Shown piece after piece: positions 59,612 to 64,000 of a stretch of 64,000 nt of DNA. The position numbers and the translations under genes are program-made. The notes under the pieces are model-generated. The model searched no databases, had not been told where the DNA came from, and saw nothing but the letters and a program-made list of their open reading frames with translations. Position 1 is the stretch's first letter; every line of letters starts with the position of its first letter. The stretch lies in assembly GCA_024650005.2 (NCBI GenBank), contig CP122380.1, positions 1,216,001 to 1,280,000 of the forward strand, given 5' to 3'. The DNA is from Candidatus Bathyarchaeum tardum (GTDB taxonomy: Archaea > Thermoproteota > Bathyarchaeia > Bathyarchaeales > Bathyarchaeaceae).

Positions 59612-59761
59612 GTGACAAATAGTGAGGAATTCAAAGTTTATTCAAATGATAAAAATGCTTACACCTTAGAGAAAAAAGAAAATTATGAAGAAATAATCCA
59701 GAAAGTGAAAAGATTCTGGGATGGCGATTTTGCTACAACAAAAACTAATTACTCCAAGTGA
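59612..59761 (+). CDS. Small 49-aa hypothetical protein
   Basis: Below the ORF-track cutoff; strong SD GGAGGTGA at 59596-59603, GTG start, MTNSEEFKVYS...KVKRFWDGDF...SK. Confidence 0.5.
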   Translation: MTNSEEFKVYSNDKNAYTLEKKENYEEIIQKVKRFWDGDFATTKTNYSK

Positions 59762-59768
59762 TGCAAAA

Positions 59769-60146
59769 TCAATTTTCGGGGGTAATGGCACATTTTTCAA
59801 TAATTTGTAATAATCTTTTTGGCTTGATTGGCTTTAATATGTAATAATCTACGCCTAGTTCAAACGATTTCTCTTCATCCTCTTCTGATGGATGCCCGGT
59901 TAAAACTATTTTTTTAATTTTTATATTATTTTTCACTATTTGCTTTAATAGATCAATACCTTTTATGTCAGGCAAGCTCATCTCCATTACGATTAAGTCA
60001 TAACATTTTGTATTCAGTTCATTTATTGCATCTTTTCCGTTTTCAACCAATGTGACAGTACATCTTTCTTTCTGCATTATTTTACATAAAACATTTTGTG
60101 TACATTTGTTGTCGTCTACTAGCAGAACCTTTAATTCATAAAGCAT
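59769..60146 (-). CDS. Single-domain response regulator (phospho-acceptor Asp appears replaced by Glu)
   Basis: VLLVDD, DLIVMEMSLPD, LTG and KP motifs. Confidence 0.85.
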   Translation of the reverse strand: MLYELKVLLVDDNKCTQNVLCKIMQKERCTVTLVENGKDAINELNTKCYDLIVMEMSLPDIKGIDLLKQIVKNNIKIKKIVLTGHPSEEDEEKSFELGVDYYILKPIKPKRLLQIIEKCAITPEN

Positions 60147-60290
60147 TTTTAAACAGCATGCATTGTCTTACATAAAAACCCTTTTTACAGTATGTGATAG
60201 ACGTATCTCTACAACTCCAATAATATGTATTATAATTCTGTTGAATGAGAGAGTAAAAAAATACGCCAAAAGTAAAAAAGGATAAAAAAT

Positions 60291-60674
60291 TTATTTGTTC
60301 AATTTTTTATCGATGAATCTCACTAATTCTTCAGATTTAACAGGTTTTACTAAATAGGCCGTGGCTCCTTCATCCATAACTTTGTTGGCATCTTCAATTG
60401 ATGGAAATCCAGTTATTACAATTTTAATCATATCCGGATTTATTTTATTCATCTTTTCAACAAGAATAGGTCCTTCAACATCGGGTAACTTAACATCTAT
60501 AAGCACTAAATCATATTGTTTTTTTGTAATCATTTCCAATGCTTCTCGCCCAGTTTCCGCATTTTCAACAAGGTATCCTTGTTTGTTTAATATTTTCGAA
60601 AAAACACTCAGTATGTATTTGTCATCATCTATGATAAGAATGGATTTCTTTTTACTCATAATAATTCTTCCCAT
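60291..60674 (-). CDS. Single-domain response regulator
   Basis: ILIIDDD, DLVLIDVKLPD, ITG and KP motifs. Confidence 0.92.
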   Translation of the reverse strand: MGRIIMSKKKSILIIDDDKYILSVFSKILNKQGYLVENAETGREALEMITKKQYDLVLIDVKLPDVEGPILVEKMNKINPDMIKIVITGFPSIEDANKVMDEGATAYLVKPVKSEELVRFIDKKLNK

Positions 60675-62851
60675 TATGTTATCGGAATTTTTATTGTAAA
60701 TGTACTTCCTTTATTGGGTTTACTTTCAAAGGTTATTTTTCCATTCTGGGCCTCAATCAATTTTTTGCAGACAGCTAATCCGAACCCTTGTCCTTTGCTT
60801 TTTGTGGTAAATAATGGAGTGAATATTTTTGATTTAATACTTTCGGACATGCCTACTCCAGTGTCTTTGATGCTTATGTTAATCATGTCTTCTTCACAAA
60901 AAGCAGTAATTGTAAGGGTTCCTCCATTAGGCATGGCTTGATAAGCATTCAATAATAAGTTTGATGTCACTCTTTTCAGGAGTGATGGATCTATTTTTGC
61001 TGTTTTCAATTCATCTTGTAAACAGGTAATTATTTCAATATTTTTTGGCCAATTTATTGTTTGTAACGATTCTATGATCAATTCTTGGATATCTACGTTT
61101 TCAATTTGAGGTGTTGGTGTTCTAGCAAAATCTTGAAGATCAGCAACAATATGGTCGATGTAATTAATTTGATCATCAATTAAGTTTAAAATATCAAAAA
61201 GTTCTTTTTTCACATCCATGTGGACAGGAAGTGATTCTACCTCGATTTTTGCTAAATAAATTGCTCCATCAATACTTTGCAAAGGGTTACGAATGTCATG
61301 ACCAACCATGCCTGCAGTTTGCCCTATGGTTATGAGTTTTTCAGCGTCTTTCAATTGCTTTGTTTTTTCATGTACAAGTTTTTCTAAATTCATACTATAA
61401 TATTCTAGTTTTTTTCTTAATTTTACGGTATCCGTAATATCTTGCGTTGTTCCAAAGCCACCAAGAAGGGTTCCATCTTTATCCCACTCCAATTCCGCTT
61501 TTTCTCGGACCCATTTTACTTTTCCGTCCGCAATTATTCGATGTTCTATGTCGTACGGTTGCCCTTTAAGCCCAGAATTCCACATTTTATCTACGTATTT
61601 TCTGTCATCTGGATGAACTGTTGAAAGAAATGTTTTATAGGTTAATGGGGTTCCTTTTTTAACCCCAAAAATTTTGTAATTTTCTTCAGACCAATTTAGA
61701 ACATTTTTGTTAACATCAAGACGCCAACTTCCAGTTTTTGATACTGATTGAGCTCGGGATAAGTCATGTTGCATTATTATTAGAGCCTTTTCGCGTTTTT
61801 TCCTTTCAGAAATATCATGAAATATAGTTACTTTTCCCTTTGGATTCCCGCTTTCATCGCGCAATAAATTAGTTGATACGGAAACAGGAATAGATGTCCC
61901 ATCTTTTTTATGATAAATTAATTCACCTTTCCAAGAATCGGAATTAATAAGGCACTTAAGAATATCACCATTTAGTGCTTTATCATAAATTGGATTAGAC
62001 GGATTTAAAATTTCTGAAACACTTTTTCCGAGTACCTCTTTAAAATTCCAGCCAAACAGATTTTCAGCAGCTTGATTCCAACTTCGAATCAAGTTATTTT
62101 CATCAGTAGTAAAAATTGATTCATTTATTGACCTAATTATCAAATTCTGTTCATAAAGCTTTTCTTCTTTTTGCTTGAGTTCAGTAATTTCAGTACCGTA
62201 AATGTTCAAATAACTCTCTTCAATAACTGGAACTATTGAAAATAGGAAAAACCTTTGATCGCATTTCTCTTCAAATTTGATTATTTTCTTTGAGCTAAAC
62301 GCCTCATTAAACAATTTTATTAATCGTTGCGGCAGTTTATTTCCAACAGACATGTTCCATTCTGTCAACAAGAATTGGCTCGCTGGATTTAAGAACAATA
62401 TTTCTCCTTTTGTGTTGACCCTAATTACGATATTTGGATTTTCAGAAGGGAATTTAGAAAGGTCTAATAATTTTTTCTCCATGTTTTTTTGGTCAGTAAT
62501 ATCTTCAAAAATTGTTACAAAATGATTTTTTTCTGGGGCATATGCCGAAATCAGAAACCATTTTCCCAGAAAGGAAGAATAACTTTCGAATTTAAGCGGT
62601 TTTCCAATAGTAACTACTTTTCCATATGTCTGTATCCAATCGATTGAATCTTTTTTTATGTTTGGAATTACTTTTGTGACTTTTTTCCCTAGGATTTCAT
62701 TTTTCTTCAAACCGGTAACATGTTCGAATGCATCATTAACTTCAAGAAAAACATAATCTATTGGCTTTCCATTATCAAAAAGCATCTTATGATAAGCATA
62801 TGCACTAGTCATATTGGTGAATAGATTACGATATTTTTTTGCAGAATCCAA
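60674..62851 (-). CDS. Cytoplasmic multi-PAS sensor histidine kinase
   Basis: Several PAS/PAC domains, H-box GHDIRNPL, N/G1/F/G2 boxes (NAYQAM, DTGVG, FTTK, GFGL). Confidence 0.95.
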   Translation of the reverse strand: MDSAKKYRNLFTNMTSAYAYHKMLFDNGKPIDYVFLEVNDAFEHVTGLKKNEILGKKVTKVIPNIKKDSIDWIQTYGKVVTIGKPLKFESYSSFLGKWFLISAYAPEKNHFVTIFEDITDQKNMEKKLLDLSKFPSENPNIVIRVNTKGEILFLNPASQFLLTEWNMSVGNKLPQRLIKLFNEAFSSKKIIKFEEKCDQRFFLFSIVPVIEESYLNIYGTEITELKQKEEKLYEQNLIIRSINESIFTTDENNLIRSWNQAAENLFGWNFKEVLGKSVSEILNPSNPIYDKALNGDILKCLINSDSWKGELIYHKKDGTSIPVSVSTNLLRDESGNPKGKVTIFHDISERKKREKALIIMQHDLSRAQSVSKTGSWRLDVNKNVLNWSEENYKIFGVKKGTPLTYKTFLSTVHPDDRKYVDKMWNSGLKGQPYDIEHRIIADGKVKWVREKAELEWDKDGTLLGGFGTTQDITDTVKLRKKLEYYSMNLEKLVHEKTKQLKDAEKLITIGQTAGMVGHDIRNPLQSIDGAIYLAKIEVESLPVHMDVKKELFDILNLIDDQINYIDHIVADLQDFARTPTPQIENVDIQELIIESLQTINWPKNIEIITCLQDELKTAKIDPSLLKRVTSNLLLNAYQAMPNGGTLTITAFCEEDMINISIKDTGVGMSESIKSKIFTPLFTTKSKGQGFGLAVCKKLIEAQNGKITFESKPNKGSTFTIKIPIT

Positions 62852-62956
62852 CCTTTTTCACTCGGGCATTAAGGTCAAAATAATATAGTTGAGGTGATTA
62901 ATATAATATTAGAAAGTTTTTGGAAAACGGATACACTAAAGCAGAGATATGAAGCG

Positions 62957-64000
62957 ATGAAAGTTGACGAAAATAAAATTTACGAAGTTTTAGATGAAAT
63001 TGGGTTATCAAAAAGAAAAGCTGATATTTACTTATTTTTAACACAGAAAGGGTTACAAAAAGCTCAAAGTATTGCTTCATATTTAGGCATAGATAGAGCT
63101 CAAACATATCGTTTACTTAAAAGTTTAAAAAATGAAGGAATTTTAGAGGAAACCATAGAAACTCCGTCACGTTACAATGCAATTCCAATAACTAATTTAC
63201 TTGAATCACATATCATAAACAAAAAAAGGGAAGTCGCCTCATTAGAAGAAGATAAAGAAAGCATAATAAATTATTGTAATTCACTTAATCGAAAAAAAAC
63301 TGCACCATCAGTAGCAAAATTTCAGGTAATAACAAATACAGATGGAGTTTACAAGAAAATTTCTCAAATGGTAGATGCCGCATCTAGCGATGTCTCAGCC
63401 CTAACAACAAGTACTGGATTAATTCATGAAGATGCATATGGTATTACTGATATGATAATGGCTTTTGGCAAAAAGAAAAAAAATATAAAATTTAGACTAC
63501 TGGCAAACATTACACAGGACAACTTAGAAATAGCAAAAAATATTCTAAAACATTTACCCCTTTCTCGTAATGTAATATGGAAACACACTTCAGTGGGTTC
63601 CAAACATTATCCCCGTTTTTTAATTAAAGATGATGAAGAAGTTTTGTTATATATGAACCAAAACGAAAAAAAATATGGATATTCGAAAGAAGTCAATGGG
63701 TTATGGGTTGCAAGCAAAATGTTTGTTTCAACTCTAAAAAGAGCTTTTGTGGATATTTGGAGTAATTCAGTCGATATCAATGATAGGATTAAAAATCTAG
63801 AAACAGGAGTACCATTAAAAGAAACTATTGTAATTAAGGACAGCATTGAAACGGGGAAAAAGATTCGAAAAATTCTTGAGAACGCTGAAAATGAAATTAC
63901 ATTGATTTCTTCATCTGTTGGAATAATAAAACTTGATGAAAACAATTTTCTTGAGAAATATTCCCAAGAAAAACTGAAGCTTCGCCTCATGGCGTCTATC
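62957..64000 (+). CDS. TrmB family transcriptional regulator; runs off the window end
   Basis: Not in the ORF track because there is no stop in the window. Manual translation gives MKVDENKIYEVLDEIGLSKRKADIYLFL...IDRAQTYRLLKSLKNEGIL...PSRY. Confidence 0.88.
   Translation, partial: MKVDENKIYEVLDEIGLSKRKADIYLFLTQKGLQKAQSIASYLGIDRAQTYRLLKSLKNEGILEETIETPSRYNAIPITNLLESHIINKKREVASLEEDKESIINYCNSLNRKKTAPSVAKFQVITNTDGVYKKISQMVDAASSDVSALTTSTGLIHEDAYGITDMIMAFGKKKKNIKFRLLANITQDNLEIAKNILKHLPLSRNVIWKHTSVGSKHYPRFLIKDDEEVLLYMNQNEKKYGYSKEVNGLWVASKMFVSTLKRAFVDIWSNSVDINDRIKNLETGVPLKETIVIKDSIETGKKIRKILENAENEITLISSSVGIIKLDENNFLEKYSQEKLKLRLMASI

Noticed and set aside
1-64000. CRISPR array, rRNA or tRNA genes
   Set aside because: No regularly spaced repeats or RNA-gene signatures were seen by eye; a covariance-model scan is needed to exclude intron-containing tRNAs.

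Overview
Archaeal chromosomal window, AT-rich. The gene content points to Bathyarchaeia: Zn-ribbon tyrosine integrases, large membrane-anchored PQQ-like beta-propeller proteins, H4MPT C1 genes and pelota. The most notable feature is a compact ~5.5 kb integrated rolling-circle element at 1824-7304, bounded by a perfect 14-bp direct repeat (TAAACCTATAAAAC). It carries an intact tyrosine integrase, a wHTH regulator, a GC-rich multi-branched 190-nt structure (candidate single-strand origin or ncRNA), a HUH Rep containing a phiX174-like nick-site sequence, and unusual cargo: a Zn-finger plus membrane-anchored Alba-like pair, and a prepilin-peptidase homologue lacking both catalytic aspartates. It sits in tandem with the decayed integrase of an older relative. 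Two convergent beta-propeller surface-protein paralogues follow. They share a perfect 104-bp inverted repeat inside the genes and a conserved ~137-bp 3' non-coding element. The rest is mostly housekeeping and metabolism: fwdDAC-mch, ftr, a bacterial-type NAD(P) Mtd, fno, dinB, a degenerate CysRS paralogue, an archaeosortase, three paralogous nucleotidyltransferases around an AsnB-like enzyme, DtxR-feoAB, an Mrp/NifX/MinD-ferredoxin cluster, a large pilin-like protein, rnhB, cutA, pelota and a two-component/TrmB locus. No rRNA, tRNA or CRISPR array was seen. All family calls are from motif recognition by eye; no database was searched.
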